From Octopus sinensis (taxonomy: Eukaryota): 60,179 nucleotides of DNA. The notes under the pieces were generated by a model. The model was not told the origin of the DNA and ran no database searches. It worked only from the letters and a program-made list of their open reading frames with translations. This document shows positions 25,511-39,555 of this stretch, one piece after another. Position 1 is the first letter of the stretch. The number at the start of each line of letters is the position of its first letter. A program made the position numbers and the translations under genes. Where the stretch lies: positions 1-60,179 of the forward strand of contig NW_021832578.1 of the NCBI RefSeq assembly GCF_006345805.1. Direction: 5' to 3'.

Positions 25511-27621
25511 ACAAAATTAATATTTCCCCATTAGTGGCAACTGTTTATGCTAATTAATTCTTGTGAACTAATTATATTTTGATTCTCCAGGTTTAAAATA
25601 CATAGCGGTACGCAAGCTGCCTACATGTTTGTATATTAGGAAATACAGCCCCTTCAAAAATAGTGGTAATCGCCAACAATCTATCCTGACCGTAAAGAGA
25701 TTGTAAAACAACAAATTTCTTTATTGGATGTCAATATCCTTCACACGTAACAATCTTCATTGCTTAAAATAAACGTACATAACATCATATATATATACGC
25801 ATAGACACACACATACACACACACATATATATTACTATAATAGAATTACACATTCATATGTATATAGTGAATTCAACAGAAATTCATCATCGAATATTTG
25901 GATAGGTTTGTTTGTAGGGAGAATAGACGGAGTCGATTTGTGCTCTTTTCTCTCGCGTAATATATATTATATCAATAGAAATGTTTCAAATAAAAAAACA
26001 CATTTCTCTATATTTCGTAATATAGATTTACATGGACAATATATATTTCTTTACGTTATATATAAGCAACATAATATATTATTTAATATTTTTGTAAGTG
26101 GAGTAGAAAATTTGGCTACTCTTCTAAGACATTCCAGAATTTGATTTATAGCTTTGCTTGTTATAAAGGAGAAGGAAAGAAAGCGAAATACATAACGAGC
26201 AATGAAGGAAACCACTTCAAAAGAAACACGAAAATATACAAAAAAGTCATACTGATTGAGACAATGCAATTAACTTCAAAACACAATCAAAACACAATAG
26301 GAAAATAAATCACGATTCATTACTCACAACATAACCAATACCTGCCAATAGGATGCAAAAATTATGTGACAATAATACCTTCAAAGCTTACAGGCTGTAA
26401 AAGAAAGCAGAACAAATGGCAATGTATGCGGCAGGACTAGCAAAAACACAACAAAGGATAAGCTATAACAAATACAACACACGAACATCAGTGAAACATT
26501 GACTATCAATCCCAAGAATCTCCGTAATTAAATAGAAATGAAATAAAACAAACTGTGAAAAATTGTATCGGAGTAGTCTTCACGCTAGTTGCAATATCAC
26601 CAATCAAGGAAAAGACAGTAAAACATCCATTTAAACGGCAAGCGAATAAAAAGTCTTTATTTCTTTAATTTCACTTTTTTATCACTCCTTCAATGTTTAG
26701 CTATGATTGATTACCCGATGAAGTGAACTAAATTAAGTGCAAAAACGATATATGTAAATTTATCACATTCTTTAAATACAGCTGAATGAAAGAAATAATG
26801 CGAGAAATAACTAAGAAAAACAATAAAATTAAATGCAAATATTTGAGAGCAATCATTTTATTTTATCATTTCTTTTGGTTGGCTAGATAGATTTACGTGA
26901 TATTGGGAAGTGATTATGTTGAAGTGTATAATAATGTTAACAACTTGAGTGGAACATTGAAGAGTCTGTCTGTGCTTTCTACTGTAAAAGTATGAAACTT
27001 ATATGGCACAATATCAGTAAAATAAAAAATAGAATGAATAAACTAAGACAAGTTTGATGTGTTTTAGAATCATTTTAAGTGAAACGAAAATATTATACAG
27101 ACGCTAAACAGACACAAAATAAATAGTTATTGTATTTATATTTATTTTAGTTGTGTAATCTACTACAGATGGGTCCAAATTTAATCAGGTGCATAACATT
27201 TTGTGATTTCAACTAATTCCTTACTGAAGGCCGATGCAATTCTGGAGAGATGGAGTTAGAGAGTCAGTAATACTTGTCGTGGACTGCTAAACTTGTTTCA
27301 GTTCTCTGAAATATGGAATGGAGAAGCGATGTTAGATTAATTAAAATCCAAAAGATAAGAGATCCGAAACTGATATATCATTTCATTGTATCTGAATGAT
27401 TTTGGAATGATTCTGTTTGGTGTTCTAAAGTTTTTGGCTGACTGTGTAACGACCCAGGATGTTCGTCTCCGTTAATTTGCTAATCATCAAAGGTTCATAG
27501 TTAAGATATTAATACAACTGATTTGTAATTCGATAAGATTACATTTATGAAATTATTGTATTTGACCCGCTACTAAGGAAGAGAAATACTAAAACATTGT
27601 GTGTGCCTATGTCTGTGGGTG

Positions 27622-28441
27622 CACGAGGGATTACCCAAATGTAAATGAGAACGTCCGCTCTGGAGAAAAACCCATTGTAATGATGGCTTCCACCGCTAGA
27701 ACCCACTTCATGTAACTCTCAGTCATAAGTATGCCGACCAATATCATCGCGTTTGGTATTACTGCCACATGGTAGATCGTTGGGTAGCAGTCCTTCTCCT
27801 TTGTTTTTCGATTTTAGTGACGGCTGAAAAGAAGGAAACGAGTACCTCCATGTGAAATTCTGTTGTCTGCTAGCGAAAACAGTGGCTGAAATAGTTGCTA
27901 TGCTTTTAACAGATTACAAACATGTTGCCCTGAGTAGAACACAAGTTTCCGGGTGGTGTTCTCGCTTTGGAAATGGCCAATTATTTATTGAATACGAACC
28001 TCGTTCTGGACGGCCGTCAACCACACGAAGGAAAGAAAACGTAATGAAATTACATGGAATGATTTTGAAGGGCTATCGCTGAAACAATGAGGTAGATGTT
28101 GAAATGACTAACGTGAGCTGGAGCTCCTGTCAACGGATTTTGTGCAATGGATTGCGAATGAAAGGAGTTGCATCAGAATGTGTCCTTGATTGCTGACGGA
28201 AGATCGAAAGCAGCTGAAATCGTGGCATGAACGGAAAGGAGAGCTGGAAATTTATCAGGAAATTCTTTCGAATATCATCACCGTCGACAAAGGTTGGTGC
28301 TACGGAACTTGTAGACGTTGAAAAGGTGAAGGGAAAAACAACGGAAACGTTAAAATGCATCGCTTTATAAGAGATCCGGCATTGGAAAACGCGTCTGCAC
28401 CCGATATATTGTTTTATTACTTTGAAGAGGACAACAGTGTA
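27622..28441 (+). mobile_element. Internally deleted mariner element
   Basis: ORF 27852-28082 reads FCCLLAKTVAEIVAML...SRTQVSGWCSRF..G...EYEPRSGRPST, followed by VSWSSCQRIL and LSNIITVDKGWCYG (like IITGDESWCYGY). TIR-like CACGAGGGATTACCCAAA at 27622. Confidence 0.85.
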
Positions 28442-28546
28442 AACATGTAAAACTAAATGAATAAAATACAATGATAAAGAGAGAGAGAGAGGGGGGAGAA
28501 AGAGAAATATATATATACATGTATATATACATATCTGTATACATAC

Positions 28547-28609
<63 letters not shown>

Positions 28610-29552
28610 GTCCCAATTTGTGAAAACGTACGATAGTTTAAAAATCAGTATGACTTGACATGTGTACTGCTTTTTTTCTCAATACATTGATATGCATTCA
28701 GTCATTTGAACTGGTGATCTCCTCATCATGACCAAACTGTACAAACAACCGTCAATACTTCACCCATAGAATCTTGTAATGTAAGTGACAGGATGAATCA
28801 ACATATAGTTGTCAAAATAGAAAGATGATAGGTTAAGAGAAAGAATGCAAGCAAGAAACTAAGAAAGTGCATGAGTGAAAATAATTGACGGTACTATTCA
28901 GATTTTATATCATTTATCGAACAGAAAAGAGTGGAAAATCATTTGGATCTCAGTGAATTTCGGACTCATTGTGTATTATTCTCTTTGGAATTCTCTGTTA
29001 TGCTCATCGCCCATATAGAGTGTCTATGCATTCACTAGCTTATATGGTGATAAATTAGTTTTCTACTACTTGTTATTAATACACTAGCTACGCATTATGT
29101 ACCCGGCAGTAATTTACTTTAAAACAACTGGTAACTTAAACATCGTGAATGATTATTCACTGTTACAGAAGCAAACGATTGCTTCTATAGGAGATCCCAA
29201 ATTCAAGAAACTCCAACAAACCGCTGGATATCCATTATATCACACTCACGTTTTCCAAAATCTTTTTTTCTATAATCAGGTCCCATGTTCAGTAAGCATC
29301 GCTGCAACACTAGACTGAGTTGGAATGCATTCCTTGAGTTGTATATTCGAGTTAACAGAGCTATATATACCTCCATGTCCAATGATTTGAATGAAGGAAG
29401 AGCTAAATATTTCAATGTTATCATCAATCAAAATTAGAAAAGCGACACAAGTTCATTAATGGCCGAAGTATGAAGCGTTACACGGTCGGATGCTTTATGT
29501 TTATTTAAGAAATACTTGTGAATCTGCATTTGAATCAATCATACATTCATAG

Positions 29553-30190
29553 ACTACTAGCAGCTAAGCCCGGCGGCACCCAGTCGGTTTGGATGATGAG
29601 GCTGTAAAACCTGCTCTGTGTAATTCTTCGTCGTGTTTGGGTGCACTTACGTTAAAAAAACAATTTAGAAGGACTTTTTTCTGTCTAAACGCTAAAAAAA
29701 ACTGACCAACAAAAAAGAAAAACCAACAAGATTGAACCAAATCAAAAAATAAATCCAAATAGTAAGCGAAGAAAGATGAACCATACCACTTCCATTGAGC
29801 GCACACGCACGTACATACATAGAAGCACATATACGCTCACACACACATTCACATACCACCCTTTTACATACATCTTTTTTATATTCACACAGATTTGAAA
29901 CGCTGTTTGATTAATTTGTTCAGCGAACAATCTTCATCATCGCACTACCAGGTATGACATCACCCCTTCTTTCCTTATTCATCTATTACCCTTTCCTTTC
30001 TCATTCATAAACACAAGAGTATTATAGTAGATTATCTCGGCAACCATGGGAGCTATGAGAAACATACAAACCCCAGACTCACCACCGCATAATTCTACAC
30101 ATCTATATAATTTTTCGCGCAATTCCACCCAGCCGTTTGACCGTGAATCCCAAGACAAGAAAGAATCGCCCATGTCAAATTTATATGTAT
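29553..30190 (+). mobile_element. Non-autonomous Helentron/DINE-1-like element (tentative)
   Basis: 5' TACTAGCAGCTAAGCCCGGCGGCACC, an internal simple repeat, and 3' CAATTCCACCCAGCCGTTTGACCGTGA...CAAATTTATAT. This fits the general HINE/DINE layout. Confidence 0.5.
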
Positions 30191-30575
30191 GCATTATACG
30201 TGAGTTGCAAAGTAGTTTAATATTGTCATTCATACGCCTATTCATCATATTTGCGTAATTTTCTTCAGTTTGGCATTGCTTTCAGTTTCTTTTATTATGT
30301 AGCATATTGTCTTATATATTAGAACATACCTACAGTCCCTTTATATGAATGCGATATCAACAAATATAAAGTTGTCGAATGCGTCTCGGATTTCGTGTTC
30401 TATCAAATAGAAAATAGTATTCGTCATTGATTCTCGCTGCTGAGTAAGTATTACTGGTTTTGCTGATATTGCAACTTTTTGGATGTAATGTATAATGTAT
30501 TATGAGTTATTTTATATGAACACTGTTCGTCCGTATGTCTGTCTGTCTGTCTGCCTCTCTCTCTATATATATATG

Positions 30576-30631
<56 letters not shown>

Positions 30632-32291
30632 TATATATCTTTGAATATATATGTATATATCTATATATGTATATGTGTATATGTGTATGTGTGTATATCT
30701 ACGTGTGTGTGTGTACGCCAATATATGTATGCTGTACGTTTATGCCTGAATGCATGTAGATGGAGATGTATTAGTAAATTGTATCAAATCACGTAAATAA
30801 TATCACGATATAAATATTTAGAGAACCGAAACCAACTAAAACAACGAAAAGCATATGAAACATAAATTACATCTTATAACGCAAAGTTTAACTGGATTTT
30901 CTATTGCTTCGTTTAACTTACCTATATGGCACTTATGTAATTCAAACTATTGTATTATTCTCTCGCTGACATGAGATATAAACTCTAGATATGCGTACAA
31001 AATGTTCGAAAAGGTTATATTATTTATTGCACATACAGGTATCTTGTAAAAATAAAAACGTATATTAATTCTCTTGAAAATACACATATGATTCTTCATC
31101 GTACCGCATAAATTATTGTGGCCGTTACATACCGAGAAACAATTCAAATACTTACAAAAATATTATTTCGTGAGTGGTTTCGAAAGCAATAACATAAATA
31201 AAGCGAGAATAAAAATAGAAAGTATATAAGGTGGAAAATATTTAACGCAAGAAATGTATAAGCACAAGCACACACCTACATACACCCACACACGTAGACA
31301 CGCACTCAAACGCACAGGGGTATATATATATATATATTATCATATTATCACCTCCATAACGATATTTTGTTCCGGTAAAATTTAGAAAGCATTGTTTATT
31401 ATGTAAATGAAATTATGTATTCCATTAGTTTCAATACAGCAATTTTAGAAAGCACTTAGGAATTGTAGTTTTTAAATATAAAATATACACTATAATGGCA
31501 GGAAAAAAACATATACGTATAGATAGAAAAAAAAATATCTAGAAATGCATAGACACACGGGAAGTTGAATTCACACATACAGTCTAACGCGTACACAACT
31601 TCACACAGGTAGACAAGTATGCTGACAGATCGTGTCTACCCATCGCTCTATCTATCGCTGTAGCTGCCTGGTGAATTTATCTTTCTGACTTTCTGTCAGC
31701 ATACCTATCTACAATTCATTTTATCATATAAATCTTTAAATATCAATGAATAATTTATTCTCTACATATGTATAATTTAGCGTATATAAATATAAGTATA
31801 TATATATAATAATATATATATATGAATAGTAGTATGAATGTGTTTCATTCCTCCTATAAACTTAACTTGTATTGTTCTATTTTTAAAAGTGATGTATCTA
31901 TATATGAAGGTGTTTTTTTTCTTACACAATTATGCACATATATACACATCGAGCTAATTTATAACTGTCCAAGTTATCTTTCACTAAAAAATTTCGAATG
32001 GGTCGTAAATTTTTGAGTTGCAGTTTCGATCCCATTATTCTATTTTGACTGCCATAATTAATGTAAAATTAATGATTCCAGGTCATTATTACCACTTATC
32101 CCTATGACACAAAACGTCATATGTTGTAAACGTTAATGAAGTTATCACAATTTTACTTTAATTTTAAGAACAAAATATATTTTGTAAGGAAAAAGCTTAA
32201 ATAAGTTGTATGAAATAAAAGAATATTTTTAAAAAACATATTTATATATAACAGTTTCGCCATGGGCTCTTAGGAGCACAGTTCGATTTGT

Positions 32292-32482
32292 TTTTTGCTC
32301 CGCCTCTGTTCTGTTTTTGTTTTTCCAACGGATTTCCTTTTTTCTTCCTGAAGAGAAAGACACAATATGGTCCCATTATTCAATCGGATTTTGGTAATTT
32401 GTGCCTTCGAAACACGTGTAGAATGAAATAAAACGATTTCTGTTCAATCTGCGTTCAGCTCCATTTCTTCAATTCACCAATT
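32292..32482 (+). mobile_element. Solo right arm of the palindromic MITE at 51355-51734
   Basis: CCAACGGATTT...CTTCCTGAAGAGAAAGACACAATATGGTC...AAACACGTGTAGAATG...CATTTCTTCAATTCAC closely matches 51548-51730. Confidence 0.85.
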
Positions 32483-32749
32483 ATGTATATATATATTATA
32501 TATATATATATAATAATATATATATATATACATAGACATGTATGTACAGTAGTTGGACGGAATAATAGAACATATTTATTCAAGTGAAGTTTCAGTACTT
32601 AATACGTCGCTGGCCCAAAGTTGGTATATTAACACGTCTAGGAACTGACCTCTACTCGTTGCTTTAGGGACTTCGAGAATTCGTCAAGTAAAACCGGCTT
32701 AATTGTTTCTGGGATTAATTTGTTCCAAAACAAACCATATATGCTTTAA

Positions 32750-33350
32750 GATGAGGTAAACAAACAAACGTGGTTTGATTTAGAAGCGTTCAGATGTCTT
32801 AGAAAGTTAAAGAAGTGATTTCAAATTCTGGAACGCAGGATACTGCTAATAATATAGCCTGCACAGGATAAGCTACACCTATTTTGCAGAAAAAAAAAAA
32901 CGTTGGCAGCCGGAGCTTAATGGTTCAGAGCACCGCGACGCGTAATCAAGGCAGTGTGAGTTCGAGTCTCAGAACTTTTTTTCTACAAAATAGGAGTAGG
33001 TTATATTCTTAGCATTATCCTGCGTTTCAGAATTTAAAATCACTTCTTTCACTTTCTAAGACATCTCAACGCTTCTAAATCAAACTTGATATGTTTCTTT
33101 ACGTTCATCATAATTTGAATTTAACGTATAATAGCGTCTCGTAAAGCGAGATTTCTATACATCTTAAATTTGTGGAAGGATTTATGGTGTGGACGGTTTA
33201 GCTTAATGGTTCAGAGCACCGCGACGCGTAATCGCTGAGTTGTGAGTTCGAGTCTCACTTTCTGCAAAATATGTGTATCTTAACTTGTTCAGGCTATACT
33301 ATTCGCATTATCCTGCGTTTGAGATTTTAAAATCACTTTTTTTAACTTCA
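32750..33350 (+). repeat. ~290-bp-period repeat with two tRNA-Thr(CGT)-like cassettes and an inverted arm
   Basis: Cassettes at about 32908-32975 and 33191-33262 have an A box TAGCTTAATGG, an anticodon arm GCGA-CGCGTAA-TCGC and a T arm GTGAG-TTCGAGT-CTCAC. No acceptor stem pairs. Confidence 0.75.
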
Positions 33351-34289
33351 ATAAATGTCATGTTTCATTAAGGTCAGGTCATTCTGCAGTGAGTCTAAGT
33401 TTTCAACACCACGTTTGTGCTCTTCCTAGCAAATCTGAACAGCAAGCACTTCACCATATTGCTGTACTAACGCTACTATATATTTGTAAGATAGGTGGAT
33501 AGTAACGGTCAAATTGGACTCTTAGTTAAAGAAAACCGGCTGCGCTAAGGGTTCTGTGTTATGGCTGCCAAAACTAAGTTCTAAGTTCTAGACTTATTGC
33601 AATATCTTGACCGTAAATCTGCACGGAAATTGGAAGAAATAGCGAAAGAGGATACATTCGAGGATATCTCGATATTTTATTCAGCCATTGGTTCCTTCCG
33701 CTTACCAAACATAATAGGGAAATAGAAGGTATAAACAAATGCAACTCGGCCAAGGTATTTTGATTTATTGATCTCATAACGAGTTGTTGTCGATGACACA
33801 TAGTGAAGCAGGTGGTGCTCTAGCTTAGCTGTCAATTTTCCTTTTAAAAACAGCATGTGTGAATTCACACACATAAACACATAAACATTTAACTGTAGCT
33901 TTAATTTGCTCTACCCTTGTCAAGTGGTCCGGTCTGCTGCTAAATTTGTCCTTCGAATCCACGTGTTGTTTATTTTATTCAAGTCATCTCGAAATGTGAG
34001 AATTCAAGCGTTTTTTTGTCTTCACCGTTTACACCTGGTAGAGAAAGTGTACAAATCCAGAGAGTTTTGAAATTCAGCCCATCCGTTAGACAGGGAATGC
34101 TGTAAAGCGGAATCAGTGAAACGCTATCATCATGTTGACCTTATTGCAAATCCACTCTTCAGAGAATCTTGTTAAATTTCAGACGGTGTTGCCAGTTGAA
34201 GTCACGATCTTTCTTAGATACGTTTAATGAAATTAATTAAGTTTTCTTACGATGATCTTACCTAGACAGAATTGACAGCTAGACTCAAA

Positions 34290-34420
34290 TTCAGGCCAGG
34301 TCGACTTTGCCTTTCATCGTTTTGGGGTCGATAAATTTACTACCATTCGCGTACTGGGATCGATCTAATCGACTGACACCCTCCCCCAAATTATCGGGCC
34401 TTGTGCCAAGAGTAGAAGAA
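34290..34420 (+). mobile_element. SINE family B, 3' half
   Basis: GGTCGACTTTGCCTTTCATCGTTTTGGGGTCGATAAATT...GGCCTTGTGCCAAGAGTAGAA. Confidence 0.85.
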
Positions 34421-34788
34421 GAAAAAAACGAATACATTACTAGACAAAATCCACACACAGACAATATATATTATCCGGGCAGATACCGTATTAGCACTCA
34501 GTGAAGTTCCAGTTGGAGGCTAACCGCCATGACCTGAATCTTTCATCTGTGACGATAGTCTGTTGTTAAGCATTGTGTGAAGTCTTCCAATGGGTAGTTA
34601 CTCATACATTTTGCTGGACGGTAAAATATTTTTGCGTATCTATTAGTATTAATAATAATCGTGTTGAACAATATTGAAACATTTACATCCACAAAATTTG
34701 TTTTATAGTTATATACAGAATATCATAACGACCTATATTAGGAAGGATAATATCAACAAATTCGTCGAACGCTACTTCTTACTGATGA

Positions 34789-34863
<75 letters not shown>
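34789..34863. repeat. (AAT)n microsatellite
   Basis: Directly visible. A second (AAT)n tract lies at about 35268-35314. Confidence 0.95.
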
Positions 34864-34864
<1 letters not shown>

Positions 34865-35263
34865 GAGGTGATATGACAGAGGAACTGAGACACCTCAGCT
34901 AAAGACTCGAGGATATAAGAATTAGACGAACAGAGACAAAGCTGGAGAATGTAAGAAGCTTCGGTCCTAACAATGTGAAATGTGCAACTCAAAAAGTTAC
35001 AATAACACATAAGATATCGACTTTAGTAGAAAAATAAAATTCTAGGTCTTCATTTACATGCATGCCTGTGGCGAGTCACATCCGGTGCAACAAATTGGAA
35101 GGTGTTGCCTTATATCCCCATCGAATGAATCAAAGACGTTTGCGATTTAGACCGAATTTGAAAGCTGAGATATTTTGACATGCACTAAATGTACCAGACT
35201 TAATAACGCAATTACTATTACGCAATCTTCTAACAATTCTGATAGTCCGCCTCTCAGAATTAA

Positions 35264-35317
<54 letters not shown>

Positions 35318-35879
35318 ATATAAATATTTATTTGCTACAATTATCAGTAAATATAATGGAAATTGAAATAAATATAATCACATTTCACAAAATTATATTT
35401 AATAATTATAATTACTAAAATGATGATATATTTTATAATTATTCTTGTACATTTACTGTCGTAATTTATAATAGAAGATTCAATAATCCCGCACTGTTTA
35501 TATCGTACAGATGTCTCATAATTAATTTTCCCCCTGACATTTATGTTACAAGCGTTATTCAATTCCATTACAATTATACACGGCTGCAATTATCTATTGT
35601 TTGATTATGTATTGCGGTTTTAAAATGCTTCAAAAATAGGTACTACTGAAAGGCATTTAGATAAGAATTGTGAGTTCCGGAATATAGAAATTCGAAATAT
35701 ACATTAATTCTCATTGAAAGCTAATTAGTATGTAAGGTAATTTCTCTTATACATACAAGTACACAATCTGCAGGAAAGGAACATTATTCCTCACCATCAG
35801 TATACTAGCACAAATGTAGTATAAGTACGTATAGGACTATGTAAGGAATAGAGGAAATTTGGATGTTAGCTAAGTGTGT

Positions 35880-36275
35880 GGCTGCAATACCACAGAAAAA
35901 TGGCATAAAGTCAATAGAAAATGAGAATCACGAGATCTTGTCGGATCTCCCCAAATAGACCGGTCATAATATTGAAGCAAGAAGGCCACATGTCATAGAC
36001 GACAATATATACCAAAAGTATAGGGTCATATATTTTGAAATTCCTTTTTATCACAGAGTTGATACTACAGAAATAAGATCATTGAGAAATACAAGGCTGT
36101 TGTCAGAGAATTAAGGGGATGGAAAGCCAAGACAATGGTTGTTCATGTAGTAAGTGGTGCACTTGTCATAAACGGAAAATGCCACGAAAAAACAAAAACT
36201 GATAGAGATCGGAATTGAAACTAGAAATCATGGTCAGCAGAAATGTACCAGCTTCAAGAATCTTAAGGAGGATTC
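35880..36275 (+). mobile_element. Decayed R4/Dong-type (RLE endonuclease) LINE 3' end
   Basis: SIENENHEILSDL...HNIEARRPHVI...VIYFEIPFYHRV (like V+ENE..KILWDF.IQTD..IEARRPD++...IID.A+P.D.R+). Confidence 0.7.
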
Positions 36276-36407
36276 GTCAGATTAAGGAGATGTGTTGTCA
36301 GCAAATATCATAGTAAAAATATATATACATATGTGTGTGTGTGTGAGAGAGAAAGCGAGAGAGAGAGAGAGAGACAGAGGGAGAGATCGTGTATATATAT
36401 ATATATG

Positions 36408-36438
<31 letters not shown>

Positions 36439-36776
36439 GCGCATGGCTCAGTGGTTAGAGCGTCGAGCTTACGATCATGAGGTTGTGAGCTCGAATCCCG
36501 GACCGGGCTGCGTGTTGTGTTCTTGAGCAAGGCACTTTATTTCACGTTCCTCCAGTTCACTCAACTGTAGAAATGAGTTGCGACGTCACTGGTGCCAAGC
36601 TGTATCGACCTTTGCCTTTCCCTTGGATAACACTGGTGGCGAGGAGAGGGGAGGCTGGTATGCATGGGCGACTGCTGGCCTTCCATAAACAACCTTGTCC
36701 GGACTTGTGTCTAGGAGGGTAATTTTCTAGGTGCAATCCCATGGTCATTCATGACCGAAGGGGGTCCTCACCCTTT
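36439..36776 (+). mobile_element. tRNA-derived SINE, family D (my label; V-domain-like core)
   Basis: GCGCATGGCTCAGTGGTTAGAGCGTCG...GCTCGAATCCCGG tRNA head followed by GTGTTGTGTTCTTGAGCAAGGCACTTTA. Confidence 0.85.
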
Positions 36777-36796
36777 ATATATATGTATATATATAT

Positions 36797-36874
<78 letters not shown>

Positions 36875-37149
36875 TACACATAGACTGTTATCGATTTTTC
36901 CTCCTTATTCCTTTTCGTTTGGACCGTCCTATGTCTCAGGTCTTTTTTCTCCGCTATTTTAATTCAATATAGATACACATGTGCATGTCAGTGTGTGTTT
37001 GTGTGTATATTCTTTTATTCCTCTCCTTGTTTCAGACATATAACTGCAACCATGCTAGAGTACACCGCATTTAAGGGCTTCAGTGGAACATATCGAACAC
37101 AGGATTTATTATTTATAAGCTTAGTACTTTAATAAGAAACGGCAACACA

Positions 37150-37320
37150 TGAATAAACATATATACCTATATATGACAGATTCTTTCCGTTACCCTCTAC
37201 AAAAACCATGTTCGACCGGAGGCTATAGTACATGAGACCTGCCACAGTTACCACGCAGTGGAACTGAATGGGAAACCATATGGTTGGGAAACAAGCTTCT
37301 TACCACACAGACACGCCTAT
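37150..37320 (-). mobile_element. Diverged SINE family A, 5' half
   Basis: CCACGCAGTGGAACTGAA...GGAAACAAGCTTCTTACCACACAGACACGCC is the reverse complement of the family A head. Confidence 0.75.
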
Positions 37321-38621
37321 CAGCTATACAGACTAAGCCATATAATTCTCCAATTTTGTACAGCTTCTAGAATTAAGCGTAGATTATTATACAGTATAAT
37401 CAATCTTAGAGACTGTTCGAGAGTATATAAATGATTTGCACGTAAAATAGAAGTGCTTAAGTACAGTTTTAAAAGAATTGGGAGTCAATTAAGTGAGAAA
37501 ACCTTCGTAAATAATATTTTAGATAGTATCACATTTTCATTTATAATTCTCTTTTCCTCCAAGTGTTACTGCTGTTTAGATTTAATAAATGACCACCAAA
37601 ATTGGAATAAAATTACGTTGCTTAATCGAGAAGTAAGCTGTTTATATTGGTATATTTTGAGTCACGTATTTTGCGCTGAACGTTCAATTAAAATTTCTTC
37701 TAACTTGGCGAAATGCTCAATTGAGTGAGATGCTGTTTCGAGCATAGTGTTTCTGTAGTTCATAAAGGGAGACGTTTTGTTCTACATTTGATTACCATAT
37801 TTTAATGGTAGTTAGTATGGATATCCTTTATGTTGAATACGTAAAAGCATGCAGAAACACCAAATATCTAAACACGCTCATATTATTTGATCTGATACTT
37901 ATCACATAAAATGGTGAGGCAGTTTCGATTTCCTTGTTTTCTATAGCCTTCATGGAAATTTTGAATAATTACAGGGTTAAAATTCTTAAGTGACTTTAAT
38001 TCATATCAACATTGATAATGTATTTTCTTACTTCCCATTCTTATGCGCAAAATTTCATACGCTTTGTAATGGAGCAACAAAGTGCAGCACATCAGGGATT
38101 GTGACCACTTAACATCTTCGTGAATATATTGTCACGTGCAACCATCTAATGAAGTTTTAATTTTGTAAAATAGACATTCCTCTTTATAATTACAGTGATT
38201 ATGTTTATCATACTATATTTACAATACTTTGAATTCATCGGTGTATAATATAAGCGACTTCCAGTTAGATTCTATGTGATTACACGAATGTCAACTCTAG
38301 ATATGTGTTGGGTAACAGAAATGTTATTCTAAGGTGAAATCTCGGGTGTTCAGTATTTCGAATGATATATTTAGAAAGATATTTTTTTCAGTCATATATT
38401 TCGCGTAAAACTTACGTACAGAAGGAGTATGAATTTTTCAAGATGAGACTAAAAAAATTCAAAAATAATTTTGGCATTTCGTCATTCTATATAAATTAAT
38501 TTATGAATATGTAAGCAATTTTTTTACATCTTTATTCATTTCTTGTCAATCTCCAAATTATTTATATTCTAGTGAAAATCAGATGGCTTTGAGATCTTCA
38601 GAATATAAAATAACTTGAACA

Positions 38622-39300
38622 TACATAGCGGTATCAAAAGTTTCGCGGTCGATTTAGGTTTGATGAAAATTATATCGAGGTATTCACTTTACGCACTGCT
38701 ACATCTGGTGAATAGCGTGCGGGCTGAGCCGATATCACAAGTGTGAACAGCTTGGTGACACGGTTTAGTACTCCCGAAAACGCTTCAGTTTGTCGCAGTA
38801 TAACAGCATTTGCCTTGGGAAAGATGTTTTCTGTCGTGCTCTCTACAGGTCGTACCGTTAGACCCAATTCTCGTCACCGGTGTTGATCCTCGAGAGGAAG
38901 GATGGATCACGCTGTCCCATACGACGGACCCATACGACCGACCCGTACGACGGGTCAACAACATTAGCAATTCCGTTGATTGTCCTGCGACGACTCTCAT
39001 ACAGAAGCTGACGTATTCTATACATATTTACAGAGTTGACGTTCGTGGTAGTTCTTCCAAATCGCTCATCGTCTTCCCCAGTTGTTCTTCCGCATTTAAC
39101 TAGATGGTGCTACTTCGAAAATTGGGAACAACAGATTGGCTCCTCACCTTAAGCTTGCCGAAGCATGATCAATCTCTTCGAGGTGATTTTCCTATTTAAA
39201 CGCAAAACGGGATGTTTGGGCATTGTTTCAAATTCCTACCTATTACGAAATTGCTGACTACAGCATACACTTGGTCACAAATGACAAAGGGTACAATGCG
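38622..39300 (-). mobile_element. Internally deleted mariner element
   Basis: Minus strand gives CGRTTGEDDERFGRTTT...IRQLLYESRRRTINGIANVV and DPSFLSRINTGDENWV*RYD (first catalytic Asp motif IITGDE.W). Confidence 0.8.
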
Positions 39301-39323
39301 TCATGAAGGCATATATATATATA

Positions 39324-39333
39324 TCCATTTAAG

Positions 39334-39370
<37 letters not shown>

Positions 39371-39417
39371 TTAAGTATTTATATATATATATATATATAC
39401 ATTTAAGTATTTATATA

Positions 39418-39456
<39 letters not shown>

Positions 39457-39489
39457 ATATATATATATATCCATTTAAGTATTTATATA

Positions 39490-39500
<11 letters not shown>
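39324..39500. repeat. Compound minisatellite: CATTTAAGTATTTATA x4 with variable (TA)n spacers
   Basis: Unit visible at about 39325, 39368, 39400 and 39472. Confidence 0.85.

Positions 39501-39555
<55 letters not shown>

Noticed and set aside
32545-32580. TACAGTAGTTGGACGGAATAATAGAAC as a Tc1-like TIR
   Set aside because: I found no partner TIR or transposase nearby.
33191-33262. Functional tRNA-Thr(CGT) gene
   Set aside because: The acceptor stem does not pair, the anticodon loop has G at the normally U33 position, and it sits in a repeat.
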